DNA from: a virus
Taxonomy: Duplodnaviria > Caudoviricetes
Length of the DNA: 64,000 nt
Strand: one strand, 5' to 3'
Virus record (IMG/VR): IMGVR_UViG_2825252539_000001
Location: 1-64,000 of that record
Part shown: in pieces, positions 1 to 9,181 of the stretch
How positions within the stretch are numbered: position 1 is the stretch's first letter
How the letters are laid out: each line of letters opens with the position of its first letter
Translations under genes and position numbers: made by a program
The notes under the pieces: model-generated
What the model saw: only the letters and a program-made list of their open reading frames with translations
What the model was told of the DNA's origin: nothing
Database searches by the model: none

Positions 1-2235
1 ATGACGAATTGCGATACGGCCATCTGTGTGGACAGTTTCCCGGGTAGTGACCCGACGGGTACCACTCCCTCGGATACCGCGGTGGCGGCGGCGATCGCTC
101 AACTCGGAACCGATTCGGGCGTCATCGAATTCGGTGTCGGCACCTATCGGCTCGACGGTTCGGCTGTGCTCGCCCACCCGGGGCAGTACTTCAAGTTCCC
201 CGGCCTGGGTGTCACCAGCATCGATTTCCGCGGTACTGGTCCAGCCCTCAAGGTCTGGGACTCTACGGTTTCCACCGGGGGAACCACCGCCCCCGGTCGC
301 GGTGGGGGCGTCCTCGGTGGCGTCACCATCTTGGGTGTCAACAACACCAACGACGATGCGATCGGCCTGCAGCTCGGCGATCTCGTCGCCCCGGTGGTCG
401 AGGACGTCCGCATTTCCGGCTTCACCACCGAGGGTTGTATTGGTTTCCTCGGCCAGAACCGCTACTCGTGGTGCGAGTACGGGAGGCTGCGGATTCAGGG
501 AGACAACAACACCACCAACTTCGTGCTTGAGGCTCACCCCGATCACCCGCTCCCGTACGGGACCACGTCGTGGTCCTACAACATGCTCGACTGGGGGTTC
601 AGCGCGGAGGCCGATCAGAACGGCGTCATCGTGCGCAATCATGTTGCCGCCGTGGGCTGTACGTGGGCGATGAAGTTCAATTGCAATCCTGGGGCCACGA
701 ACTCCGGGGTGGCGTTCACGTTCGGCAGCGATGGCGACGACTACGTCCATATCGAGGCCGGGATGGATTGGTCGGGCGAGACCACCAACGCCGGCGCGGT
801 CGGGCATGTGGACATGAACTGGCACGGCGGGGGCAATCTGCGTGGCGTTGGATCCCTGATCTTCAACGACTTCTCGGCCCCGTTCGTCGCCGGAAACATC
901 GCGCCGGACAGTTACAAAGTCGTCTTCGCCGGACGCGTCGACAGCCCCAGCTTCGGACACTATGCCCGCAACGAAATCGGATTCGTGACCATCGGCGATC
1001 CGGGACGCTTCGGAGTGCGGGGCGACAGCGCGAATTACGTTCGGACTGAAGAGAACCCATGGGGAGATCCGGTGATCCGGGCCAAGGGGCCCGGTGTCCC
1101 GGGCAGCGGTCACGGCACCAGCGTCGGTATCGCCATGGTGTCGCAGTTCGACCCAGGCGACACGCGCAGGTCGCTGATCACGATCGACGGCGTCAACGTG
1201 GTCGCAACTCTCGACTCGATGGTCACCCATACCTTGCTCGGCAAGAGCACCCCTGTCGACGCCGACGAGCTCGCCATCGCGGACAGCGCCGCGTCGTGGA
1301 CGTTGAAGAAACTCACGTGGGCGAACGTGAAGGCCGCATTGGCAACGTTGTTCGTCGGCAAGCACACCGGCAACGACCTGTCCCAGGAGTGGACGGTGTC
1401 GGCGGGCGCATCATCGGTCAACCTCACCAACCGCGCGATCCCGGCCGGTGCCGTCGGGGTGCGGGTGACGATGATTCCCGGCGGGTTCGGCGGTGGTTCG
1501 GGTCGCCGCGGTGCCGCCGGTACCGTCCGCTGTGGAGGCGGCGGTGGTGGAGCCTTCGGGGTGATCCGTGACTTTTTCATCCCGGTCGGGTCCAACACCA
1601 CCTGGGGGTTGGCCGTGTCGGCTCCCTGCCTCGGCGGAGCGGCCGTCACCACCGACAACACCGACGGGAACGACGCGAGCAGCCCCGGCTTCACCTACTT
1701 CCAGATGGGCAGTCAGCGGTACAGCGCCATGTCGTCGACGGTCACGCTCCCCGGCAAGGGCGGCACCGCAACCTCAGGCGCCGGCGGCAACTGGGCAGCC
1801 GCGCCGACCGCCCCGGCAAGCGCCAGTGGTGCGAGCGCGTCCACATCCGGCGGTGCCGGCGGCAACGGGACCGGCGTCGGATGGATCGATATCTGCGGGG
1901 GCGCCGGGGCCGGCGGCGGAATCACGGCCGCCAACGTCGCGGCCAACGGCGGCAGCGGCGGCGAAGCACGGATGTCGCAACCCGGTACCTCCCCGGCAGG
2001 TGGGGTCGTCGACAGCACGCTCCCGGCCGCGGGTTCGGGTGCGGTCCCGGGGCTGACCGGCCCCGGTGCGGGTGGCGGCGCTGCGTCGATCACCACCGCT
2101 GCCCAGGCCGGTGCGGACGGCATCAGCTACGGCGCACCCGGTGGCGGCGGGGGAGCAAGCCTGAATGGCAACAACTCTGGTCGAGGCGGCAATGGCGGCC
2201 CCGCCTATGCCCGTATCGACTGGGTGTACGGCTGA
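1..2235 (+). CDS. Minor tail protein (beta-helix-like N-terminus, Gly-rich C-terminus); may extend upstream of the window
   Basis: 744-aa ORF. N-terminal DPTG..SDTA.AAAIA...GTYRL pattern typical of pectate-lyase-like tail domains; GGGGG-rich C-terminal half typical of actinophage minor tail proteins; lies at the end of the structural arm next to the integrase. Confidence 0.7.
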   Translation: MTNCDTAICVDSFPGSDPTGTTPSDTAVAAAIAQLGTDSGVIEFGVGTYRLDGSAVLAHPGQYFKFPGLGVTSIDFRGTGPALKVWDSTVSTGGTTAPGRGGGVLGGVTILGVNNTNDDAIGLQLGDLVAPVVEDVRISGFTTEGCIGFLGQNRYSWCEYGRLRIQGDNNTTNFVLEAHPDHPLPYGTTSWSYNMLDWGFSAEADQNGVIVRNHVAAVGCTWAMKFNCNPGATNSGVAFTFGSDGDDYVHIEAGMDWSGETTNAGAVGHVDMNWHGGGNLRGVGSLIFNDFSAPFVAGNIAPDSYKVVFAGRVDSPSFGHYARNEIGFVTIGDPGRFGVRGDSANYVRTEENPWGDPVIRAKGPGVPGSGHGTSVGIAMVSQFDPGDTRRSLITIDGVNVVATLDSMVTHTLLGKSTPVDADELAIADSAASWTLKKLTWANVKAALATLFVGKHTGNDLSQEWTVSAGASSVNLTNRAIPAGAVGVRVTMIPGGFGGGSGRRGAAGTVRCGGGGGGAFGVIRDFFIPVGSNTTWGLAVSAPCLGGAAVTTDNTDGNDASSPGFTYFQMGSQRYSAMSSTVTLPGKGGTATSGAGGNWAAAPTAPASASGASASTSGGAGGNGTGVGWIDICGGAGAGGGITAANVAANGGSGGEARMSQPGTSPAGGVVDSTLPAAGSGAVPGLTGPGAGGGAASITTAAQAGADGISYGAPGGGGGASLNGNNSGRGGNGGPAYARIDWVYG

Positions 2236-2307
2236 CGTCTGCCGAGGTCCTCAACCGAACCTGACCGCCGAGCTATGTGCTTCTGAGGCTCTGACCTGCG
2301 TAAACTC

Positions 2308-2330
2308 TGGTGCGCGATACTGGGATTGAA
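2308..2330 (-). mobile_element. attP: attP common core matching the 3' end of a host tRNA (probably tRNA-Val GAC)
   Basis: Reverse complement TTCAATCCCAGTATCGCGCACCA is a T-loop, 3' acceptor strand and CCA with no 5' half; about 170 bp upstream of the integrase. The Val assignment is from recall of mycobacterial tRNA-Val(GAC). Confidence 0.8.
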
Positions 2331-2452
2331 TAAATACCCAAGCAAACCCACGTTACCGCATTCTACCTGCTACGATAGCACGCTCACCTGGGGTTATGGT
2401 GTACAGTATCACGGGACTCGTATGGACATAGTTACCCGCCATGAGACACTGT

Positions 2453-2474
2453 TATTGCGCGTATATTGCGCGTA
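2453..2474. repeat. Tandem 11-bp direct repeat TATTGCGCGTA, candidate integrase arm-type sites
   Basis: Copies at 2453-2463 and 2464-2474; a third partial copy TATTGCGCG at 3716-3724. Confidence 0.55.
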
Positions 2475-2497
2475 ACAAGGCTGCGGGAGGCTAAGCG

Positions 2498-3691
2498 ATG
2501 GCTCGACAGAGACGCGGGTTCGGACGCATCCGGCAATTCAAGTCGGGCCGCTGGCAGGCATCCTATACCGGTCCTGACGGAAACCTGTACATCGCGCCGG
2601 AGACCTTTGCCGCGAAGATGGACGCCGAAGGATGGCTCACCGACCGCCGCCGCGAGATCGACCGCGAGCTGTGGAGCCCGCCGGCCACAGTGGATCAGAA
2701 GAAGGCGAAACGCGCCGCCGAGATCACGTTCAAGGAGTACGCCGAAACATGGGTCAAGACCCGTACCGTGCGCGGCCGACTACTCGCAACACGGACACGC
2801 GAACACTACGAGGATTTGCTTGAAGACCATATAAATCCAACGTTCGGCACATTGCCCGTTGTCGACATCACAATTGAAACAGTCGACCGCTGGTACGCCA
2901 CAACTTGCCCGAACGCACCCACGATGAAGGCGCACGCCTATTCACTGTTGAAGTCCATTCTGGAGACGGCACGGGTTCGCGACCGCCTGATTTCCACTAA
3001 TCCCTGCGTGATCCGCGGCGGCGGCACATCTCGTCGCAAAAGCAAGACGAAACTTGCCACCCTAGAGCAAGTCGAAATCATCGTTGAGGAGATGCCCGAC
3101 AGATTCAAGCTAATGATCATTCTCGCGTTGTGGACAACACTGCGGTTTAGCGAATTGGTGGAGCTACAACGCAAGGACATTGATGTGACTCAGCGGTCGG
3201 AAATCGACGAGGATGGAGAAGTTGTCGTAATCCGTGAGGGCGTCATCAATGTGAGTAGAGGCGCGAAGCGGACAAAGTCCGGATGGGAGTTTGGCGACCC
3301 CAAGAGCGAGGCCGGCATCCGAGATGTGAGCATTCCGCCACACGTACTGCCGGCGGTGCTCGACCACCTAGAGCGGTACGTGGCCACCGGGGGAGAAGCG
3401 CTGTTGTTTCCGCCCGTGTCGGGCGATCCTACGAAGCGGCTGCAACCATCCACGTTTTACCGCCACTACCACCGCGCCAGGGCGAAGGCGAAGCGTACCG
3501 ACTTGAGACTCCATGATCTGCGCCATACGGGCGCGACGATGGCTGCACGAACGGGCGCGACGCTGGCGGAACTGATGGCTCGCATTGGACATTCGACGCC
3601 ACAAGCCGCAATGCGGTATCAGCATGCCGCTGCTGGGCGCGACAAAGAGATTGCGGCGAGCATGTCAAAGCTGGCTGCAGGGACGGTTTGA
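2498..3691 (+). CDS. int: Tyrosine integrase
   Basis: 397 aa; L5-like arm-binding N-terminus (RRGFGRIRQFKSGRWQASY); catalytic R (LRFSEL), HDLRH, GH and Y (AMRYQH). Confidence 0.97.
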   Translation: MARQRRGFGRIRQFKSGRWQASYTGPDGNLYIAPETFAAKMDAEGWLTDRRREIDRELWSPPATVDQKKAKRAAEITFKEYAETWVKTRTVRGRLLATRTREHYEDLLEDHINPTFGTLPVVDITIETVDRWYATTCPNAPTMKAHAYSLLKSILETARVRDRLISTNPCVIRGGGTSRRKSKTKLATLEQVEIIVEEMPDRFKLMIILALWTTLRFSELVELQRKDIDVTQRSEIDEDGEVVVIREGVINVSRGAKRTKSGWEFGDPKSEAGIRDVSIPPHVLPAVLDHLERYVATGGEALLFPPVSGDPTKRLQPSTFYRHYHRARAKAKRTDLRLHDLRHTGATMAARTGATLAELMARIGHSTPQAAMRYQHAAAGRDKEIAASMSKLAAGTV

Positions 3692-4074
3692 CCCATTACC
3701 AATACCGGGTATGGGTATTGCGCGCCGGCAGCGCTTACTTGGCTTCTTACCAAAGTGGGACAATGTCAATATCCGGACACTGTGATCCTGGTCTCATTTC
3801 GGTCTAGCCTCCCAGGATTTACCGTTTGGCGGAGATACCTTAAGACAGTCGCCCCCAAGGGCGTCCCTTGCTTGTCACCCGAGCCTCCGCGAGGGCTAGA
3901 ACCTCCAACTCAAGGCACCGTCAGCGCACGGGGCTAGTTGCCTGCGGCAGATGTCACGGCTCGTTGGCGAGCCACTCGCCAGGTTGTGGTTACCAAGTCG
4001 GGTACGTCACCAGGCGATCGGTAACTGTCAAAAGGTTGTCGTTCGGCAACATTCAGAAATGTCGCCGTTCGACG

Positions 4075-4614
4075 TCAGCTGCTCTGCCCGCGGCACCCGT
4101 AGGCGAGCATCGCGTTGGATGCGACTACTCGCGCGTTCTCGATGTCAGTCGGTGCCTTCGCGGCTATCTGGCGAGTCGCTGTCTCAAGGCTGACGCCCTG
4201 TCGAATCTGATCACAGAATGAACGAGCCGTCCGGATGGCAATACTCGGATCGGTGACGTTCCAGCCGGCCTCGCGCATCAAATCGAGAAACCGGGCGTCA
4301 GAGTTTGCGCTGAGTTGTGGTGCGATGGTCTGCGTCACGGTGACGGGCGGCGCCGGCATGACGGGCGGAGGGGGTGCAGCGGATTGCTGGACGACGGTGA
4401 CGACGGTCGAGGCAGTGGAAGATGCCTCGCTGAGCTTGTTGTGCAGCAGCCATCCCGCCGCGCTCACCAAGACGACGCTTCCGATCACCCCAATGGTTGT
4501 GATGCGTCGTGGTGTCAACCGTTGAGTCGGGTAGTCATCAGGCTCCGCCAGTGACCAAGCCGCTACCGATTCCGTATCCGCTTCAGCCGCGCCGGCCAGT
4601 TCGGTCGGCTCCAT
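4075..4614 (-). CDS. Single-pass membrane protein with Pro-rich linker and DUF732-like C-terminal domain
   Basis: TM segment ITTIGVIGSVVLVSAAGWLL, PPPP linker, D.RFL..M...G.....AI..AR.FC...C pattern. Start chosen at ATG 4614, just after the upstream gene's stop. Confidence 0.7.
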   Translation of the reverse strand: MEPTELAGAAEADTESVAAWSLAEPDDYPTQRLTPRRITTIGVIGSVVLVSAAGWLLHNKLSEASSTASTVVTVVQQSAAPPPPVMPAPPVTVTQTIAPQLSANSDARFLDLMREAGWNVTDPSIAIRTARSFCDQIRQGVSLETATRQIAAKAPTDIENARVVASNAMLAYGCRGQSS

Positions 4615-4625
4615 ACTGTCGCCGC

Positions 4626-5318
4626 TCACTGTTGGACAACTCCCTGAATCAGTAGACCGTTCCGATGGGATTGCCACCACACCCGCATGCAGACTCGAAC
4701 TGTCACGCCGTCCGGGCGTCGAATTATCCAGACTGGCGGCTCGGGGTTCCCGGGGATCTGATTGGCGTTCCATCGTTCGGCGAACTCGGGCAGCACCTTG
4801 ATTAGATCATCGACCAGGTTACTGAAGAAGTGGTCATGATTGTCGTACGCGATCCGGAACTTCGCCTCGGAGATCCACCAGTCAGCGACCTGATCCCAGT
4901 TGACCACGACGTTCTTCGCGGCCGGGGAGAAGAACCAGGCGCCGACGAAGTCTGCACCCGTGATATGGGGGAGTAGTGATCGGAACGCATCATTTGCGTG
5001 GCTGTCGCCGTCGATCGACAGCCACACTGCAGGATGCGGATTGAGGGCGTCGACATAGGAAACCATCGCGGAGTCGTCCATTGGCCTCGTCGTTTCTGGT
5101 GATGTTCCCAACATCAGGTGTAGATACTGCACCTCCCATGGCTGCAGGTGTAGGACTTCGGCGAAGTTCCTGACGTCAGCGTTAGTTAGTGCAGCGCCGT
5201 CCCCGCGTTCGATGCGACGCAGCCAAGACAGCGAGTGGTAGACACGATTAGCCAGCTCTGGTTGTGTCAGTCCAACGCGTGCGCGGGCGGCGCGTATAAA
5301 ACCCGCGAGCGCACTCAT
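4626..5318 (-). CDS. XRE-family HTH regulator with MmyB-like ligand-binding domain
   Basis: RAARARVGLTQPELA..V..SLSWLRRIERG HTH followed by LNPHPA..., VVNWDQVA and PEFAERW motifs typical of the MmyB family. Start uncertain (up to 5414). Confidence 0.8.
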   Translation of the reverse strand: MSALAGFIRAARARVGLTQPELANRVYHSLSWLRRIERGDGAALTNADVRNFAEVLHLQPWEVQYLHLMLGTSPETTRPMDDSAMVSYVDALNPHPAVWLSIDGDSHANDAFRSLLPHITGADFVGAWFFSPAAKNVVVNWDQVADWWISEAKFRIAYDNHDHFFSNLVDDLIKVLPEFAERWNANQIPGNPEPPVWIIRRPDGVTVRVCMRVWWQSHRNGLLIQGVVQQ

Positions 5319-5662
5319 CTCTCCAGTGTGTACCAAGGCAAGATAAGCCTTGCCATAGAACAGGAAACACTCGTTGTCAACCGTTTGTGCGTTCAACTTT
5401 CTGAACACCCGCAAATTTTCGTTTTCTGACCTGTTCGTGTGACTTTACTGTGACGATCCTGACACCCCGGGGCGTCCGCCCCGGCTCGACATGGGTCAAC
5501 ACTGGGGGTGTCATGGTTGCTGAAAATGTGTTTCGACGATCTCTTCACCGTTGCTCGCGGGCGGCGGTAGGGGATTGATCGGTGATGCAGGACGATCTCG
5601 GTATCGATCAGCTGAGGCTGGAACTTCGTCAGCGCTTGGACAATAGTTCGCCACATTCGTGG

Positions 5663-6226
5663 TCACCCGGGCTTCTTTCGGCCCTGATTGCGATTCTTGA
5701 TCTCGGGGCTGAGAGCCAAGGACACCCTATCGACAGCGGTGTCCAGCGCATCCCCGTCCGCCACCTCAGACGTGTCAAGTGACGTGAGGCGATTGATCTC
5801 GCGCCGTTGAGCGACGAACTGCTGCACGACGGCGAAGATTGCCTTGCGCTCACCGGGCTCTAGTTCATCAGCTCCGTCGGGAAGGGTGAACGGTTCGCCA
5901 GGTATCGGATGCTTCGCGGCGGCGAATGCCTCCTCTTCCTTGACGCCGGCTAGCCATGCAACGGCACGGATCGTTTCGGGAGTGGGCCGGCTTCCGTACT
6001 TGCCCTTGAGGATGCTTGAAGCGGTCGTGTAGTTGATGGCCATGCCGCGGGGGCGTACAGCTTCTTCTTTCCCAACCTCGGCCGCCAGCGAACGCCCAGT
6101 CGCACGGAGGCCCTTCGCCTCGCGTTGGTCGACCGCTCGCTGAAGAAGGTCGCGCAAATTAACGCTCATGCAGGTCAGCCTCCTCGTTTTGCGTCTGGTT
6201 GGGCTAGATGGCGGGGAAATCGTCAT
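5663..6226 (-). CDS. Immunity repressor
   Basis: Leftward HTH-like ORF divergent from Cro; PTPETIRAVA.LAGV..EEAFAAA..P.PG.PF.LP...D.L...ER.A pattern typical of actinophage repressors. Start may be 6169. Confidence 0.75.
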   Translation of the reverse strand: MTISPPSSPTRRKTRRLTCMSVNLRDLLQRAVDQREAKGLRATGRSLAAEVGKEEAVRPRGMAINYTTASSILKGKYGSRPTPETIRAVAWLAGVKEEEAFAAAKHPIPGEPFTLPDGADELEPGERKAIFAVVQQFVAQRREINRLTSLDTSEVADGDALDTAVDRVSLALSPEIKNRNQGRKKPG

Positions 6227-6270
6227 GAAAACTGATCACCCGATCATCGCACGTCAAGTTAACAAATTGT

Positions 6271-6344
6271 CGGTTGTCATTTTGACAACCGGATGTGAAT
6301 TGACATGCATGACAGTTGACAAGATGACAACCGGTCTGCATCCT
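6271..6344. promoter_or_regulatory. Genetic switch: operator inverted repeat and rightward SigA-type promoter
   Basis: IR CGGTTGTCA-ttt-TGACAACCG (6271-6291); extra half site TGACAACCGG (6325-6334); TTGACA (6316-6321)-17 nt-CATCCT (6339-6344) placed 7 nt before ATG 6352, consistent with a leaderless cro transcript. Confidence 0.7.
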
Positions 6345-6351
6345 CTTTTTC

Positions 6352-6612
6352 ATGAGACGCAGACCACCCCTTAACCGAGGCGCCTGCTGGATGGAAGTTC
6401 GCAATCCGGCGGCAATGCGCCGAGCCCGCAAAGAGAAGCGGTATTCACAGCGTGATCTTGGACACCTGGTTCGTCGCACCCAGACGACCATCTACAAGAT
6501 CGAAACCGGTCAGCTGCGAAACATCTCCGAAGATCTGGCGGTAGCACTCGCCGGCCGGCTCGATCGCCACTGGGAGGATCTCTTCATTGCGCACGAGGAC
6601 GTCGCGGCATGA
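6352..6612 (+). CDS. cro: Cro-like HTH protein
   Basis: RRARKEKRYSQRDLGHLVRRTQTTIYKIETG XRE HTH, divergent from the repressor. Confidence 0.85.
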   Translation: MRRRPPLNRGACWMEVRNPAAMRRARKEKRYSQRDLGHLVRRTQTTIYKIETGQLRNISEDLAVALAGRLDRHWEDLFIAHEDVAA

Positions 6613-6878
6613 CGACGTACTTGCCCGCTTGGTCGACGCCGGTCTACCCACAGTTACCTCCGTTCCAATGGAACGCTGAGACCGTGGCCCGGGTCACCGC
6701 CGACGCCGGCATGAATACTCGCCACGATCTGGCTCGCCGGCTCTTCGAAGTCGGAGTCACGCGCAACACCGTGTATCGGACGTTCGATCCGGATTGGAAC
6801 GGCGAGGTGTCGCCGACCGTACTGCGAGCCTTGGCGCATCTGTTCAACGTCTCGTTGGACGATCTGGTTCAACGATGA
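6609..6878 (+). CDS. Small HTH DNA-binding protein
   Basis: DLARRL..VGVTRNTVYR...LRALAHLFNVSLDDLV HTH-like pattern; ATGA overlap with cro. Confidence 0.6.
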   Translation: MTTYLPAWSTPVYPQLPPFQWNAETVARVTADAGMNTRHDLARRLFEVGVTRNTVYRTFDPDWNGEVSPTVLRALAHLFNVSLDDLVQR

Positions 6879-7585
6879 TCAACGCGGCGACGACCTTCGG
6901 TCTGGTGTGCGAGGACTGCCTCAAATCGTTCTTGGCGAGTTCGTGGGTGCGGCCGTGGCTTTGCCCGGACTGTCTCAAGCGAGACGAGATTGCCACCGCG
7001 CAGCTGGCGAGCGTTCGATGAACGTTGCTGCCGCTGCGGCCATCCTGGTCGTAATCGGAGTCGTCCTGTACTACCGTCACGCCGATCGTCGAGTCGACGC
7101 CATCGTTAAAGAGGGTCTACGTCGAATGGGCAAACTATGACCGTCTGCCCCGAGATCTACGCGGTGGACCTCACCGACTTCGAATTCGCCAAGCCGTGCG
7201 CCTACGACGAATGCCCCCGCTCCGCGGAGTGGGTGATATGGGTCCTACACGCTGAGGACTGCAAGCCGGCGACTTACTTCGTCTGCGAGGGGTGCAAGAC
7301 CGAGACCGAGCAGGCGTGGATCGAATGCCTGACTGAACCGCATCTCTGCCCCGATTGCCTTGAGCCGTATATCGGAAACCTCGGTGACTACTTCCGGGCG
7401 GTCAAGCTATGAGCATCCATCAAGCCATCGCTGACGCGATGCCGAAGCTCAGCCACCTCGAATGCGACACATGTCATCGTCGTCGCGATGTCGGCGACGT
7501 AGCTTTCCACTTCCGACACGGGTGGCCCGTGTGCTGCGGTTATGGCATGCGGTTAGTCACGCAGGCAGAGGTGGACGACCCGTGA
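6875..7585 (+). CDS. Four coupled small ORFs (6875-7021, 7018-7140, 7137-7412, 7409-7585), mostly CxxC Zn-finger-like, one membrane peptide
   Basis: Consecutive ATGA start/stop overlaps; CxxC pairs. Confidence 0.6.
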
Positions 7586-7853
7586 AAAAATTCTCCAAAA
7601 AAGTTGCTCTAGCCCCCCGGGATAGCAAACGCAGGGTGTTAAGCTAGTCACAACATCATCGGAGCGGAAAGCCAAACAGACTCCACTGTTTAGGTGAGTA
7701 CCCCACCCAAAATCTTTCAAACCGCGGACATGTCCGCAAACACAACTTCAGTACCGTTTCGGCCAAGCATGTGGGATTCGCGCGTAGTGATTTCAGCGGT
7801 TTCCGGAGGGTCGTTCATAGCCTTGTCGAGAGGCGAGACAACTCGACAACGAC

Positions 7854-7965
7854 GGGTAAGTAGCTATAGGGATGCTCTTCGGAGCGTCGCCCGCGAGGAC
7901 AGATAAACCTCGCCGTCAGCCGTAAGGCGCGTAGACCCACTTCGGTGGAGGATCAACACTTACTC
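7854..7965 (+). ncRNA. Multi-hairpin structured RNA of unknown class
   Basis: Closing helix GGGTAAGT/ACTTACTC enclosing GATGCTC-TTCG-GAGCGTC, GCGAGG/CCTCGC, GCC-GTAA-GGC and CCAC-TTCG-GTGG. Confidence 0.6.
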
Positions 7966-7978
7966 AACATTTTTGGTG

Positions 7979-8051
7979 GCGTGCAGCATTCGTTCACATG
8001 GTCGAATGCCGACGATTCGTCGTCGTCCGAGTTCGAGTCTCGGTGCACGCA
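7979..8051 (+). ncRNA. tRNA-like element with the anticodon loop replaced by a UUCG tetraloop
   Basis: Acceptor GCGTGCA/TGCACGC, D-like GCATTCG/CGAATGC, CGACGA-TTCG-TCGTCG, T arm CCGAG-TTCGAGT-CTCGG. Confidence 0.75.
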
Positions 8052-8066
8052 CAAATTTTTAGAGCC

Positions 8067-8155
8067 TGTCGTACGGGGTAACGAGCTGTTGCCCGTGGAG
8101 ACAGTCGTTCACTCCTAGGAGGGGTGCGGCTGGGTCGTGGCTCCCCCGTACGGCA
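8067..8155 (+). ncRNA. Structured element closed by a 12-bp helix
   Basis: TGTCGTACGGGG (8067-8078) pairs with CCCCGTACGGCA (8144-8155), with internal hairpins. Confidence 0.45.
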
Positions 8156-8186
8156 ACACAGTCTTCCCAAGCAAGAGGAGGAGCGC

Positions 8187-9181
8187 GTGCAATGGTCGGA
8201 ACTAAATCACGAACAGCAGGTGGCATTAGCGGGGTGGTACCTCATCACCCTCGCTGTGCCGGAACACGTGCGTCCGACGGACGACATGCCCCTGGATTAC
8301 TCCAGGGCGATAGCCGAATTGTCAGCTACGGCAGGCCATTACGCGCCCCGCAGATTCATCCGCCAACGCCTCGGACCGGGCATTCCGCTCAACCGACAAC
8401 GCAAGGTCCGAGTGCGCAAACAGCGCCATCAACTCGCAACGAACGTCGGCGAGCCCGCGGTCTAGCATGAACGCCACCGAAAAGTTCGAGCAACGGATCA
8501 TGCTTCATGACCAGCTCGTAACCATCGATCATGACCTTGAGTTTGTGTTCGCCGAACCTCCGAGTCATCGTGTCGTTGAGGATGCCCGTCGGCTACTCAA
8601 TGCCCGCGCTGACCTCTGCGATGAGATGATGGCCGCCGGTTTCCAGCCCTGGGGTGTTCCAATCGATGAGCTGGAAGCGAAGGTGTCCTGATGAATCTGG
8701 GCGCCGCCCTTGAAGACCATGTCGCCCAACGCGCGTACATGATCGATGTCGGCTTTCACTTGGATGAACTGCGGCACATGATCATTGACGGAATGACCGG
8801 GACTAGCGACGAGCGTCTGATCAACAGATTGCTGGCCGAGGTCGACGCGGCCGACCATCAATTGAGTCGGGCGCTGATGTGAGTTCCGACTGTGTCGGTG
8901 CATTCTGTCCACCGCCCCCTCCGCCACCGCCTCCGATGCCTGAGCCTCCAATTGATTACACACCCTGGATAATTGGCGGCTCCATCGTTCTTGGCGTCAT
9001 CGTTCTACTGCTGATCATTCGGGGGTTGGTGCGCGGCATCGCGCGCCGACGCCGAATCGCTAGTGAAAACCGTGCAGCCCTTCTCCGTCGGGCTGAGCAA
9101 CAGAACAACGAGATCTCACACGGGAATCTCGACGCCATCTTCGGGGACTATCGCCCCGTCGACATCGAATGGAAATCCTGA
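8187..9181 (+). CDS. Four small ORFs (8187-8465, 8467-8691, 8691-8882, 8879-9181); the last is a poly-Pro single-pass membrane protein
   Basis: Strong SD GAGGAGG before GTG 8187; abutting ORFs; TM WIIGGSIVLGVIVLLLII. Confidence 0.65.

Noticed and set aside
3878-3915. Minus-strand degenerate tRNA 3'-end-like sequence (possible second att remnant)
   Set aside because: The T arm is imperfect, there is no CCA and no matching 5' half; too weak to call.
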